From Patescibacteria group bacterium (GTDB lineage Bacteria > Patescibacteriota > Patescibacteriia > JBDRGY01): a stretch of 64,000 bases of DNA. Below are positions 37,980 through 47,972 of this stretch, piece by piece. The DNA is taken from NCBI GenBank assembly GCA_043817315.1, contig JBDRGY010000004.1:64797-128796 (forward strand), in the 5' to 3' direction. How positions within the stretch are numbered: position 1 is the first letter of the stretch; the number at the start of each line of letters is the position of its first letter. Under the pieces are notes generated by a model, which saw only the letters and a program-made list of their open reading frames with translations, was not told the DNA's origin and ran no database searches. The position numbers and the translations under genes are program-made.

Positions 37980-38834
37980 ATGGCCTTTATACTAGTCGGA
38001 TTTTTTATCTTGGTATCGGGGGTCATTTATATAGCTATCTACCACTTCCTTCATCCACGGCGTCAGCCCAAACAAGCCATTCCGGAGGACTATGGGGTTA
38101 AGTATGAGGATGTCACTTTCCAGGCTGAAGACGCTTTTGAGTTGCGGGGTTGGTTTATTCCGGCAGCAAATCCTACAGATAAAGTGATTATTATTTGTCA
38201 CGGTTATCGTGGTAATAAGACACATACTTTGGAATGGGGGCTTTTTTTAAGGGATAAATATAATTTATTTTACTTTGATTTTCGGACTCACGGTAAAAGC
38301 CAGGGGAAAGTAACCACCTTTGGTTACCACGAAAGGAAGGATGTTGAGGCGGCTATTTGCTACCTGAGAACCCGGTCCGGTATTGATCATAACCAAATCG
38401 GAGTGATGGGGCTTTCTATGGGAGCCAGGACTGCACTATTGAGCTCCATAAAGAATCAGGAAATCAAAGCCATAGTAGCTGATAGTACCCCTCTAGACTT
38501 TGAAGGAATAATCAAAGTTTTTCGCAACTACTATTTTATAAAGTGGCCCCTGATAAAACTGGCCCGTTTTTATTCTAATAAATTTCTACACTTCAGCCTT
38601 GATGAAATGTCCCTGAAGAGAAAAGCTAAAAAGATCAAAATTCCGGTCTTGATGATTCATGCCAAGAATGATCCGGTGGTTCATGCTTACAATTCCCAAA
38701 TGGTTTATCAGAATTTAGGCGGGCCCAAAGAACTTTGGATGACTGATTGTTTTGAACACGGCCGTTCCTATTTTTCGTTTAAGCGAGATTACCAGGAAAA
38801 AGTGCTGCAGTTTTTCGGTCGATACATCAGATAG
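37980..38834 (+). CDS. Alpha/beta hydrolase, N-terminal anchor
   Basis: LRGWFIP, CHGY, DFR.HG.S, GLSMGA, H..ND, H. Confidence 0.9.
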   Translation: MAFILVGFFILVSGVIYIAIYHFLHPRRQPKQAIPEDYGVKYEDVTFQAEDAFELRGWFIPAANPTDKVIIICHGYRGNKTHTLEWGLFLRDKYNLFYFDFRTHGKSQGKVTTFGYHERKDVEAAICYLRTRSGIDHNQIGVMGLSMGARTALLSSIKNQEIKAIVADSTPLDFEGIIKVFRNYYFIKWPLIKLARFYSNKFLHFSLDEMSLKRKAKKIKIPVLMIHAKNDPVVHAYNSQMVYQNLGGPKELWMTDCFEHGRSYFSFKRDYQEKVLQFFGRYIR

Positions 38835-38908
38835 CCTTTTTGGCCCTATTTCGCAGGATATGGGGCCTTTTTAATTCGCCCAAAAAGTGTTATAATAAAA
38901 AGGAATTT

Positions 38909-40084
38909 ATGAAGCTGAAATCATATATATCAGCGCAGCTCGGCGGGAAAACAGTTATCCTGCGGGTAGCTTATGAAACACCGGTAAAAATGGCAGGGAA
39001 TAGTTTTATGGTGGAAGATGATAACAGACTAAAAGCCTCGTTGCCCACCATTAATTACTTAGTAAAGAAAGAATGCAAGATAGTTCTGGTTTCTTACAAC
39101 GGTAGACCCAAGGGCGAAGAAGAGAAATTGAAAATGGATCCCCAGGCCAAGCGATTGAGTGTGATGTTGGGCAGGAAAATTGATAAATTAGATGATTGTG
39201 TCGGTCCTAAAGTGGAAGAATTTGTGGCTAAGATGCAACCGAAAGAGATTGTTCTTTTAGAAAATACCAGGTTTCATCCGGAAGAAAAGAAAAATAATTC
39301 TGCCTTTGCCAAGAAGCTGGCCAAATTGGGGCAGGTTTTTATTAATGACGCTTTTGCCCAGAGCTATGAACCACACGCTTCAACGACTGCCATTACCAAA
39401 TTCTTGCCGTCTTATGCCGGACCACTATTAATCCAAGAAGTTGAGAATCTTTCTAAAGTGGTACAAAATCCCAAACGGCCCTTTGTGGCCATTATCGGGG
39501 GAGCTAAAATATCCAACAAGATAAAAGTAATTAATAAATTATTAGAGAAGGCGGATTATGTTTTATTGGGTGGCGCCCTGGCCAATACTATTTTGATCGC
39601 CCAAGGCATTCAAGTGGGAACATCTTTGATTGAAGAAGAATATGTAACTATCGCTAAGAAGCTGCCCATTACCAGTTTAAAGCTAAAAATCCCGGTAGAC
39701 GTTCTGGTTGCTTCAACCGCCTTAAGCTCCCAAAGTCTTCCCCGTCCGGTGGGGTCGGTCAAGCCCCAAGAAAAAATCTTGGATATCGGACCGGACACCA
39801 TCGATCTTTACGAAAGAATTATTGCCACAGCCAAGACCATAGTATGGAATGGACCGATGGGGATGTACGAGAAATCCCAGTTCTCCTATGGAACTACCAA
39901 GATTGCCCAGGCAGTAGCCAAGGCCCGGGCCAAAAGCTACGTTGGAGGAGGGGAGACAGTTGATTTTATCAGGGACAATAAATTGGAAAAGCAGATAGAT
40001 TTTATTTCCACCGGCGGCGGCGCCATGTTGCAGTTTATTAAAGACGGAACCTTGCCAGCTTTAAAACCATTAACCATAAAATAA
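38909..40084 (+). CDS. pgk: Phosphoglycerate kinase (divergent substrate site)
   Basis: LLENTRF, NDAF, GGAKIS.K, DIGP, WNGPMG, STGGGA. Confidence 0.9.
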   Translation: MKLKSYISAQLGGKTVILRVAYETPVKMAGNSFMVEDDNRLKASLPTINYLVKKECKIVLVSYNGRPKGEEEKLKMDPQAKRLSVMLGRKIDKLDDCVGPKVEEFVAKMQPKEIVLLENTRFHPEEKKNNSAFAKKLAKLGQVFINDAFAQSYEPHASTTAITKFLPSYAGPLLIQEVENLSKVVQNPKRPFVAIIGGAKISNKIKVINKLLEKADYVLLGGALANTILIAQGIQVGTSLIEEEYVTIAKKLPITSLKLKIPVDVLVASTALSSQSLPRPVGSVKPQEKILDIGPDTIDLYERIIATAKTIVWNGPMGMYEKSQFSYGTTKIAQAVAKARAKSYVGGGETVDFIRDNKLEKQIDFISTGGGAMLQFIKDGTLPALKPLTIK

Positions 40085-41352
40085 TGAGCAAAATTGCTAA
40101 AATCCACTCTTTGGAAATTTTAGATAGCCGGGGCTATCCCACTATCAAAGCCAAAGTCTATTTGGAAAACGGCGTTTGGGGCGGTGCCTCGGTACCGGCC
40201 GGTGCTTCCAAGGGAAAAAGTGAATCGACTGAACTTCGAGACGGTGACACAAGACGTTATCAGGGTAAGGGGGTGAAAAAGGCCATTTCTATAATAAATA
40301 CCCGCATTCAGCGCTTATTAAAGGGCGTGGACATCAATCTGATGCGGGAGATTGATAATAAAATGATCGAAAGTGACGGCACCAAGACCAAATCGGATAT
40401 GGGGGCCAACACCATCTTGGCCGTTTCTCTGGCCTGTGCCCGGGCCGGTGCTCTGCAAAATCAGAAACCGCTGCACCAGCACATCCGGGAAGTCTATGGC
40501 CTTGGTTTCAAAGACTATCAGTTACCCCTGCCCATGATTAATATTATTAACGGGGGCAAACACGCTGACAGCCGGACTAATATCCAGGAATATATGATAA
40601 TACCCAAGGCTGATAAATATTCGGAAATCATCCGCTACGGGGCTGAGGTTTTTCATCAGCTCAAAGAGATTCTAAGAGCCAAAGGGTTGTCAACCGGAGT
40701 GGGAGACGAAGGAGGATACGCTCCCCATTTTGAAAGCAATGAAATGCCTTTTCAGTTAATCCTGGAAGCGGTTTCTCAAGCCAACATGACAGCCGGAGAA
40801 CAGATTACTCTTGGCATCGATGCCGCGGCCGATAATTTTTATAACCAAGAGCAGAAAAAATATTTTCTGGAATTAGAAAATTCTTCACTGACTTCAGAGC
40901 AGCTGGCCGCCCTCTATTCGGAATGGGCCAACAAGTATCCGATTATTTCTGTGGAAGACGGTTTAGCTGAAGAAGACTTGGATGGCTGGGCCCTGCTCAA
41001 TAGTAAGCTGGGCAATAATATTTTGGTGGTAGGAGATGATCTCTTTGTTACTGATCAAGAAAGATTGAAAATAGGAGTAGCCAAGTCATTAGCCAACGCC
41101 ATCATTATCAAGCCCAATCAAGTGGGCACCCTGACGGAGACAATCGATTGTGTCCAGTTGGCTCAAGCCAACAAGTTTAAAGTAATTGTCTCAAACCGGT
41201 CTGGAGAGACCTGTGACAACTTTATTGCCGATCTGGCCATTGCGGTCAAAGCTGATTTTATCAAAACCGGTTCAATGTGCAGAGGGGAAAGAATAAGTAA
41301 ATATAATCGACTATTGGAAATCGAGGAGGAACTAACTCAAAATGAAGGCTAA
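40084..41352 (+). CDS. eno: Enolase
   Basis: EILDSRG.PT, ELRDGD, GDEGGYAP, GDDL, KPNQ.G, RSGET. Confidence 0.95.
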   Translation: MSKIAKIHSLEILDSRGYPTIKAKVYLENGVWGGASVPAGASKGKSESTELRDGDTRRYQGKGVKKAISIINTRIQRLLKGVDINLMREIDNKMIESDGTKTKSDMGANTILAVSLACARAGALQNQKPLHQHIREVYGLGFKDYQLPLPMINIINGGKHADSRTNIQEYMIIPKADKYSEIIRYGAEVFHQLKEILRAKGLSTGVGDEGGYAPHFESNEMPFQLILEAVSQANMTAGEQITLGIDAAADNFYNQEQKKYFLELENSSLTSEQLAALYSEWANKYPIISVEDGLAEEDLDGWALLNSKLGNNILVVGDDLFVTDQERLKIGVAKSLANAIIIKPNQVGTLTETIDCVQLAQANKFKVIVSNRSGETCDNFIADLAIAVKADFIKTGSMCRGERISKYNRLLEIEEELTQNEG

Positions 41353-42904
41353 TAGACCTTTTTTACTTCTGATCTTAGACGGCTGGGGGATTGCTCCGGC
41401 CAGCAAGGGTAATGCTATTAATCTGGCTAAAACTCCTGTCATCGACCGGCTAAGTAAGAAATACCCCCATACTACCCTGTGTGCCTCAGGTCCTTGTGCT
41501 GGTCTACCCAAAAACCAGGTGGGTAATTCTGAAGCCGGGCATATGAATATCGGGAGCGGAAGGGTAGTGGATCAGGAAGAGATGATCATTACCGAAAGCG
41601 TTGACGACGGTACTTTTTTCAGAAACCCGGCTTTTATAGAGGCGGTTAATCATGTCAAAAGGAACAAAACCAGTCTCCATATCATGGGACTATTGACCTA
41701 TGACCAGAGTCCCCATGCCGACCCAGAACATTTAATGGCTATTATCAAGTTGGCCCGCCAGCACCATTTACCCAAAGTAGTGCTACATTTATTTACTGAT
41801 GGCCGTGATTCACCCCAATTCGCTGCTATCAAGATTGTAAAGGATCTGGAAAAAAAGCTTTATAGTAATGAGATGATCGCTACTATAATGGGCCGTTTTT
41901 ATGCCATGGACCGTAATAAAGCCTGGAAGCGTACCGAAAAAGCGTATAACGCTATGGTTTTAGGCAAGGGGATCAAGGCTGGCTCAGCCGAAGAAGCTAT
42001 TTTGCATGCCTATAACCGTAAAGAGACAGATGAATACATCCAGCCCACAATCTTGATGCAGGACCACAAACCACCTCAAACCATACAAAACGGTGACTCC
42101 ATAATATTCTTCAATTTTCGGTCTGATAGAGCCAGGCAGATTACCAAAGCTTTCGTTCAAAAGAAATTCAACAAGATGAACCCAGGTTCATTCATCCGCA
42201 AAAAAGCCTTACGGGATTTACGGTTTATTGCTATGACTGATTTTGGTCCTGATCTGGACAATGTCTTGACTGCCTTTCCTTCTGAAGACCTGGAAGAAAC
42301 TCTGCCCATGCAATTAGCTGATTTAAAACAACTCTATACTTCGGAAAGCGAGAAGTTCGCGCATGTTACTTACTTTTTTAACGGAGGGTATGCTGATCCG
42401 GTAGGTGGTGAATCCAGGATTATGATACCCTCACCTTCTGTTGAATCATATGCTGAGGTTCCAGAGATGAATATTGAAAAATTGACCAAGGCAGTCCTCA
42501 AACATATCAAAAATGATGAATTCGATTTTATCACCTGCAATTTCCCCAATCCCGATATGGTGGGACATACGGGTAATCTTAAGGCCGGCATCCAAGCCGC
42601 TGAGGCAGTTGATAAGCATACGGGACTTTTGGTAAGGGAGGTACAGGCAAAAAATGGGAAGGCAATTATTACTGCTGATCATGGCAACTTGGAAAACATG
42701 ATAAATCTAAAAACGCAGGAAGTCCATACGGAACACACTACCAACCCAGTACCTTTTATAGTGGTAAGCCAGGACAGTAAGGGGTTCTCTTTAGGCAAAA
42801 AGGGTATCTTGGCCAATATTGCCCCGACAATTTTAGACTTGATGGAGAGAGATATCCCCAAACAGATGAAGAGTAAGAGTTTGATCAGAAAGAAAGCAAG
42901 ATAA
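41342..42904 (+). CDS. gpmI: 2,3-BPG-independent phosphoglycerate mutase, copy 1
   Basis: ILDGWG, GNSEAGH, DGRD, GRFYAMDR, NPDMVGHTG, TADHGN. Confidence 0.95.
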   Translation: MKANRPFLLLILDGWGIAPASKGNAINLAKTPVIDRLSKKYPHTTLCASGPCAGLPKNQVGNSEAGHMNIGSGRVVDQEEMIITESVDDGTFFRNPAFIEAVNHVKRNKTSLHIMGLLTYDQSPHADPEHLMAIIKLARQHHLPKVVLHLFTDGRDSPQFAAIKIVKDLEKKLYSNEMIATIMGRFYAMDRNKAWKRTEKAYNAMVLGKGIKAGSAEEAILHAYNRKETDEYIQPTILMQDHKPPQTIQNGDSIIFFNFRSDRARQITKAFVQKKFNKMNPGSFIRKKALRDLRFIAMTDFGPDLDNVLTAFPSEDLEETLPMQLADLKQLYTSESEKFAHVTYFFNGGYADPVGGESRIMIPSPSVESYAEVPEMNIEKLTKAVLKHIKNDEFDFITCNFPNPDMVGHTGNLKAGIQAAEAVDKHTGLLVREVQAKNGKAIITADHGNLENMINLKTQEVHTEHTTNPVPFIVVSQDSKGFSLGKKGILANIAPTILDLMERDIPKQMKSKSLIRKKAR

Positions 42905-44485
42905 ATGAATAAAAAACCTTTTCTCTTAATTATCCTAGACGGTTGGGGAGTGGCCTCTCCTTCCAGGGGCAATGGCATCAGTTTGTCTAATACCCCCAAC
43001 TTTACCAATTTGGTACAGACTTTTCCCACTTTGACTTTGCAAGCCTCGGGAGAAGCCGTAGGTTTGTCCTGGGGAGAAATGGGAAATTCCGAAGTGGGCC
43101 ACATGAACCTGGGCGGAGGCAAAGTGATTTTTCAGGAATTACCCAGAATTACACGTGCCATTTCTGACGGCAGCTTCCAAGAAAATCAGGGGCTCAATAG
43201 TGCCATAGAGCATGTCAAAAAAAATAATTCTAAATTGCATCTTTTAGGTTTGGTCAGCAACGGTGGAATTCATAGTTTTAATGAACACCTGTATGCCCTG
43301 GTGGAATTAGCCAAACAAAAGGAAATTAATCAGGTTTTTATCCATGTCTTTTTAGACGGGCGAGACACTCCCCACAACAGCGGTTTGACCTTTATTCAGA
43401 AATTACAGAATCATCTCAATGAAGTCGGGGTGGGCAAAATTGCCACAATATCAGGGCGTTTTTACGCTATGGATCGGGATAATCGTTGGGAGCGTACCCA
43501 GAAGGCCTACCTGGCCCTAGCCGAGGGGCAGGCCGATAATAAAGCGGATAATCCGGTTACCGCAGTTGAGCAATCATATAATCAAAAAATATATGATGAA
43601 GAATTTATCCCAACTATGATTATGGAAAACGGCCAGACAGTGGCCAAGATTGATGATAACGACGCCTTAATTTACTTTAATTTCAGGGCGGATAGGGCCC
43701 GGCAACTTACCAAAGCACTGATTTTGCCAGGATTTGAAAAATTTCAACGCCCCAGATCCTTAAAAAATCTGCACCTGGTTACTATGACCAAATATGAGAA
43801 AGATTTACCGGTGACCGTAGCCTTTCCCAAAGAAACAATTGAAAACCCGCTTGGCAAAGTGCTAGCTGCTAATAAAATGACTCAGTTTCATATTGCCGAG
43901 ACAGAAAAATATGCCCACGTTACTTTCTTCTTCAATTGCGGTAAGGAAGATCCTTTCAAGGGAGAGACCCGAGCTCTGGTTCCTTCTCCATCTGTGGCTT
44001 CATACGATCAAAAGCCAGGAATGAGTGCCAACGAAGTCAAAGACCGCTTGATCCAGGAAATTAATTCCGGTAAGCAAGATTTTCTGGTGGTTAATTTTGC
44101 TAACGCCGATATGGTCGGCCATACCGGTAATCTAGAGGCGGTGATCGAGGCTGTCGGTAAAATTGACGTTTATCTGGGAGAAGTGATCAAGGCTGTTTTA
44201 AAAACTGGAGGGTCCGCTATCGTTACAGCCGATCACGGTAATGCGGAAGAATTGGTCAACTTGCAAACAGGCGAAATTCACAAAGAGCACACCACCAATC
44301 CAGTTCCCTGTATCATTGTAGGAGAAGGCTGGAGGAAAACTTCTCCGAACGTAAAATCCGATGATCTAAGCAAGGTTGTCCCTATCGGAGTTTTGTCAGA
44401 CGTGGCTCCCACTATCTTGAGTATTATGGGTAAAGAGAAGCATCCGGAGATGACAGGGAGAGATTTATTGAACTATATTAAATAA
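42905..44485 (+). CDS. gpmI: 2,3-BPG-independent phosphoglycerate mutase, copy 2
   Basis: ILDGWG, GNSEVGH, ETEKYAHVTFF, NADMVGHTG, TADHGN. Confidence 0.95.
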   Translation: MNKKPFLLIILDGWGVASPSRGNGISLSNTPNFTNLVQTFPTLTLQASGEAVGLSWGEMGNSEVGHMNLGGGKVIFQELPRITRAISDGSFQENQGLNSAIEHVKKNNSKLHLLGLVSNGGIHSFNEHLYALVELAKQKEINQVFIHVFLDGRDTPHNSGLTFIQKLQNHLNEVGVGKIATISGRFYAMDRDNRWERTQKAYLALAEGQADNKADNPVTAVEQSYNQKIYDEEFIPTMIMENGQTVAKIDDNDALIYFNFRADRARQLTKALILPGFEKFQRPRSLKNLHLVTMTKYEKDLPVTVAFPKETIENPLGKVLAANKMTQFHIAETEKYAHVTFFFNCGKEDPFKGETRALVPSPSVASYDQKPGMSANEVKDRLIQEINSGKQDFLVVNFANADMVGHTGNLEAVIEAVGKIDVYLGEVIKAVLKTGGSAIVTADHGNAEELVNLQTGEIHKEHTTNPVPCIIVGEGWRKTSPNVKSDDLSKVVPIGVLSDVAPTILSIMGKEKHPEMTGRDLLNYIK

Positions 44486-44499
44486 TTAATATTAGATAT

Positions 44500-45528
44500 A
44501 TGACCAAGAGAAAATTTCAAGTGGTAACTATCGGTGGGGCTACCAGGGATATCACTTTCCGAACTGATGACGGTGAATTGATTGATACACCTCATCTTTT
44601 GACCAAACAAAAATTGCTGGCTTTCGAGTACGGGGCTAAAATAATCAGCCGGCAGTGTCATTATACCTTGGGGGGTGGAGGAACTAATGCCGCCGTGGGC
44701 TTAACCCGTTTGGGTCTCAAGGTGGCCAGCTTTGTCAACGTGGGCAGTGACAATCTGGGTGGTCAAGTTATTAAAAATCTCCAAGAGCATAAGATCAACA
44801 CCAGTTTAGTCAAAAGGGATAAAAAGGCCATGACCGGATTTTCTCTTCTGGTAATTTCTGGCCAAGCCAAAGACCACGTGGCCTTTTTGTATCGGGGAGC
44901 CAATGACAACATCAGTATTGAGCCTAAAGACATAAAAAAATTCAGTACCGATTGGTTTTATATCACCTCTTTATCGGGTTTACATTGGCCCAAATTGATG
45001 AAGGAAATAATTGAAGCCAAAAAGAAGAAAATAATTAAAATTGGCTGGAATCCCGGTGAGACTCAATTAAAAGCAGGTAAAAAGGGGTTAATTGCTTTAA
45101 TTAAGGAAACTGATGTTTTTATTCTTAATAAAGATGAGACTATCGAACTGATACTCTCAGACCCCAAATTGCCTTCAAAAATCAAGAAAGACACCAGGAA
45201 AATCAATAACGTCAATTTTCTGATAAAGCGGTTGCACAGCTGGGGACCCAAGATAGTGGTACTAACTGACGGTAAAAAGGGTGCTTACGCTTATGACGGA
45301 GAAAAGATATATTTTTCAGAAATTTTGGACACTCCGGTCAAAGATACCACTGGAGCTGGTGATTGTTTCGGTTCCAGCTTTTTAGCCGGGCTGATTCTAT
45401 TCCACGATGATATTGATAAAGCGATCAAGCTGGGCATTGTCAACACTTCCTATTTAGTACAGAAAGTAGGAGCCCAAGAAGGATTGATGAACAAGCAACA
45501 AATTAAAAAACATTTTAAGAAAAAATAA
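44500..45528 (+). CDS. PfkB family carbohydrate kinase
   Basis: GGGGTNAA, NPG, LN..E, DTTGAGDCF. Confidence 0.9.
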   Translation: MTKRKFQVVTIGGATRDITFRTDDGELIDTPHLLTKQKLLAFEYGAKIISRQCHYTLGGGGTNAAVGLTRLGLKVASFVNVGSDNLGGQVIKNLQEHKINTSLVKRDKKAMTGFSLLVISGQAKDHVAFLYRGANDNISIEPKDIKKFSTDWFYITSLSGLHWPKLMKEIIEAKKKKIIKIGWNPGETQLKAGKKGLIALIKETDVFILNKDETIELILSDPKLPSKIKKDTRKINNVNFLIKRLHSWGPKIVVLTDGKKGAYAYDGEKIYFSEILDTPVKDTTGAGDCFGSSFLAGLILFHDDIDKAIKLGIVNTSYLVQKVGAQEGLMNKQQIKKHFKKK

Positions 45529-45529
45529 T

Positions 45530-46105
45530 ATGAAGACTCCCATAGCCATATCGGCTCGTCATATACACCTTTGTCAGAAAGATTTAGAACAACTTTTCGG
45601 AAAAGGTTATCAATTGACTAAAGCCAAAGACCTCAAACAAAAAGGGGAATTCGCCTCCAAGGAAACAGTAACTCTAAAAGGACCGAAAGGGGATCTGGAT
45701 GGAGTAAGAATTTTGGGGCCAGTCAGGGAGCAGAGTCAGGTAGAGATCAGCAAAACTGACGCCAGACGGTTGGGAATAGTGGCGCCAGTTCGTCTGTCAG
45801 GAAATCTATCAGGTTCTGGCTCAATTAATATGGTTGGTCCGAAGTCCTCACTTGATTTAAAAGAAGGGGTAATTGTGGCCAAAAGACATATTCACCTTTC
45901 AGAGAAAGAGGCCAAGAAAAACAATATCGCTAATGACCAGATTGTTTCCGTCAAGGTAGAAGGTGATAGGGAATTAATTTTTAATCAGGTAGTGGTTCGA
46001 GTTTCCGATCGGTACCAGCTGGAGATGCACCTGGATACTGATGAGGCTAACGCGGCAGATCTGGGTAATAAGGGAGAAGGGGAGATCTTGATTAATGTTG
46101 CTTAG
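45530..46105 (+). CDS. pduL: PduL-type phosphate acyltransferase (phosphotransacylase)
   Basis: SARHIHL, VRILGP.R..SQVEIS, RHIH, MHLDTDEANAA. Confidence 0.92.
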   Translation: MKTPIAISARHIHLCQKDLEQLFGKGYQLTKAKDLKQKGEFASKETVTLKGPKGDLDGVRILGPVREQSQVEISKTDARRLGIVAPVRLSGNLSGSGSINMVGPKSSLDLKEGVIVAKRHIHLSEKEAKKNNIANDQIVSVKVEGDRELIFNQVVVRVSDRYQLEMHLDTDEANAADLGNKGEGEILINVA

Positions 46106-46391
46106 ATTTCCAGACAAGTTAAAGCAAAACCCGATAGTGGTAATGAGGAAATTTGGATATTACCCCCTACCGGACCCCAAAGCAAAACAGCTCAGTTTCG
46201 TCCGGCGCTTGGGCGCCAACTATTATCCCCGTTGGCATGCCTATCTAAACAAAGAAATGACCGGGATAAAACTGCATCTTGATATGAAAAAACCAAGTTA
46301 CGCAGGACACCACGCCCATTCCGGGGAATATGACAGTGATTTGGTCAAAGAAGAGGGGGAGAGAATCAGGCAATTAATGAGGAATATATGA
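46095..46391 (+). CDS. Conserved-looking hypothetical protein
   Basis: Overlapping ORF in operon; SFVRRL...YPRWHAY...LHLD.K..SY...AHSGEYD. Confidence 0.75.
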   Translation: MLLRFPDKLKQNPIVVMRKFGYYPLPDPKAKQLSFVRRLGANYYPRWHAYLNKEMTGIKLHLDMKKPSYAGHHAHSGEYDSDLVKEEGERIRQLMRNI

Positions 46392-47551
46392 ACAATAATA
46401 TACTGGTGATCAATTCTGGCAGCACCACCTTGAAATTTTCGGTATACAACTCTCGACTACAAAAATTGCTAGCCGGCAATTTGGAAGGAATTGGTTTACC
46501 GGGTTCTTTCCTAAGCTACAAGATCGGCAGCCGAACCAAAGTAGTTAAATTTAACGGCCAAATCAAAAATCACCAGCAGGCCCTATCTTTTATTTTTAAG
46601 AATGTAGATTTTTCCTTTGCTGAAATTAAATTAGTAGGACACCGAGTGGCTATCGGAGGGCATCGTTATAAGCAGACCATGCAAGTTTCCAAGAATATTT
46701 TTAAAGAGCTAAAAAAGAATAACGAACTTGCTCCTCTGCACAATCCAGCCAATATGATGGGTCTGGCTGCCTGTTTCCAGTTACTAAAAAAAGCTAAGAA
46801 CTTCGCCATTTTTGATACTTCCTTTTATAAAAACCTGCCGGATTACGCCTATACCTATGCTTTACCTTATGCCCTTGCCAAGAAGTGGCACATCCGCCGC
46901 AACGGTTTTCATGGAACTTCCCACCACTACGTGGCTCAACAAGCAGCTGTCCAATTAAAAAAGTCTTTGAAGAAATTAAACCTGATTACTTGCCATCTGG
47001 GTGGAGGGTGTTCTATTACAGCAATCCGCTCCGGAAAGGCAGTTGACACTTCATTGGGATTTTCCCCCTTGGAAGGATTAGTAATGGGAACCAGACCAGG
47101 AGATCTAGATCCGGCCACCATTCCCTACCTGATGGACAAGATGAAATTATCAACCAAACAGATTTCTCATCTGCTCAATTTTCAATCAGGCTTAATCGGA
47201 ATTTTCGGCAAGAGCAGCGACTTGCGTGAAGTACTTGTTGCCGCCGGTCATCGTGTCCCCGGTTTTAGGAGTAGCTATAAATATAATAAGATTTCCAGAC
47301 AGAAAGCCAAGCTGGCTTTAGCTGTCTACATTTACCGGATCCAAAAATATATTTCTGCCTACGCAGGAATACTGGGCAAGGTAGACGCAATAATTTTTAC
47401 CGCGGGAACCGGAGAAAGAAATCCCGATGTGCGTCGCTTGATAATGAAAGATCTGAAGATGTTAAGGGGCGTTAAAGTTTTGCCCATCCATACTGATGAG
47501 CAATTGATGATAGCCCGGGAGGTAAAGAAGCATGCGCACCCAAAAAGATAA
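46388..47551 (+). CDS. ackA: Acetate/propionate kinase
   Basis: ILVINSGSTTLK, GHRV, APLHN, GFHGTSH, HLG.G, MGTR.GD, TDE. Confidence 0.92.
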   Translation: MNNNILVINSGSTTLKFSVYNSRLQKLLAGNLEGIGLPGSFLSYKIGSRTKVVKFNGQIKNHQQALSFIFKNVDFSFAEIKLVGHRVAIGGHRYKQTMQVSKNIFKELKKNNELAPLHNPANMMGLAACFQLLKKAKNFAIFDTSFYKNLPDYAYTYALPYALAKKWHIRRNGFHGTSHHYVAQQAAVQLKKSLKKLNLITCHLGGGCSITAIRSGKAVDTSLGFSPLEGLVMGTRPGDLDPATIPYLMDKMKLSTKQISHLLNFQSGLIGIFGKSSDLREVLVAAGHRVPGFRSSYKYNKISRQKAKLALAVYIYRIQKYISAYAGILGKVDAIIFTAGTGERNPDVRRLIMKDLKMLRGVKVLPIHTDEQLMIAREVKKHAHPKR

Positions 47552-47951
47552 AAGTGCCGGAGCCATCGTGGTTAATAAACAAAATCAGTTCTTGCTGTTA
47601 TTTCAAAACCAAAATGAATTCTGGGAATTTCCCAAGGGGGAACAGGAAAAGGGAGAAACCGAAAAACAGGCCCTGTGCCGGGAATTATTTGAGGAAACCG
47701 GCATCAAAAAATTCCAGTACCTTCCTGGATTTAAGCAAAAGAGCCATTACCGGTTTCAGCTAAAAGGAGTGCTCCACCAAAAAGAAGTTATCTTTTACTT
47801 AATTCGGACCGAAGATAAGGTGCATTTGTCTGACGAGCATATCAGTTACCGTTGGATACCGTACTCCGGAGCCATCAAGCTGTTAAAACATAAAAATTTG
47901 AGAGATTTATTGAAATCAGCCCAGCAATTTCTTAAATTGTCAGCTAAATAA
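47532..47951 (+). CDS. NUDIX hydrolase (Ap4A hydrolase-like)
   Basis: SAGAIV, WEFPKG...GE......RELFEETGI, LSDEH. Confidence 0.88.
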   Translation: MRTQKDKSAGAIVVNKQNQFLLLFQNQNEFWEFPKGEQEKGETEKQALCRELFEETGIKKFQYLPGFKQKSHYRFQLKGVLHQKEVIFYLIRTEDKVHLSDEHISYRWIPYSGAIKLLKHKNLRDLLKSAQQFLKLSAK

Positions 47952-47972
47952 AACTATATTATAATAAAGACA

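Noticed and set aside
41342-44485. Assembly duplication of gpmI
   Set aside because: The two copies are strongly diverged in protein and DNA, and both are intact.
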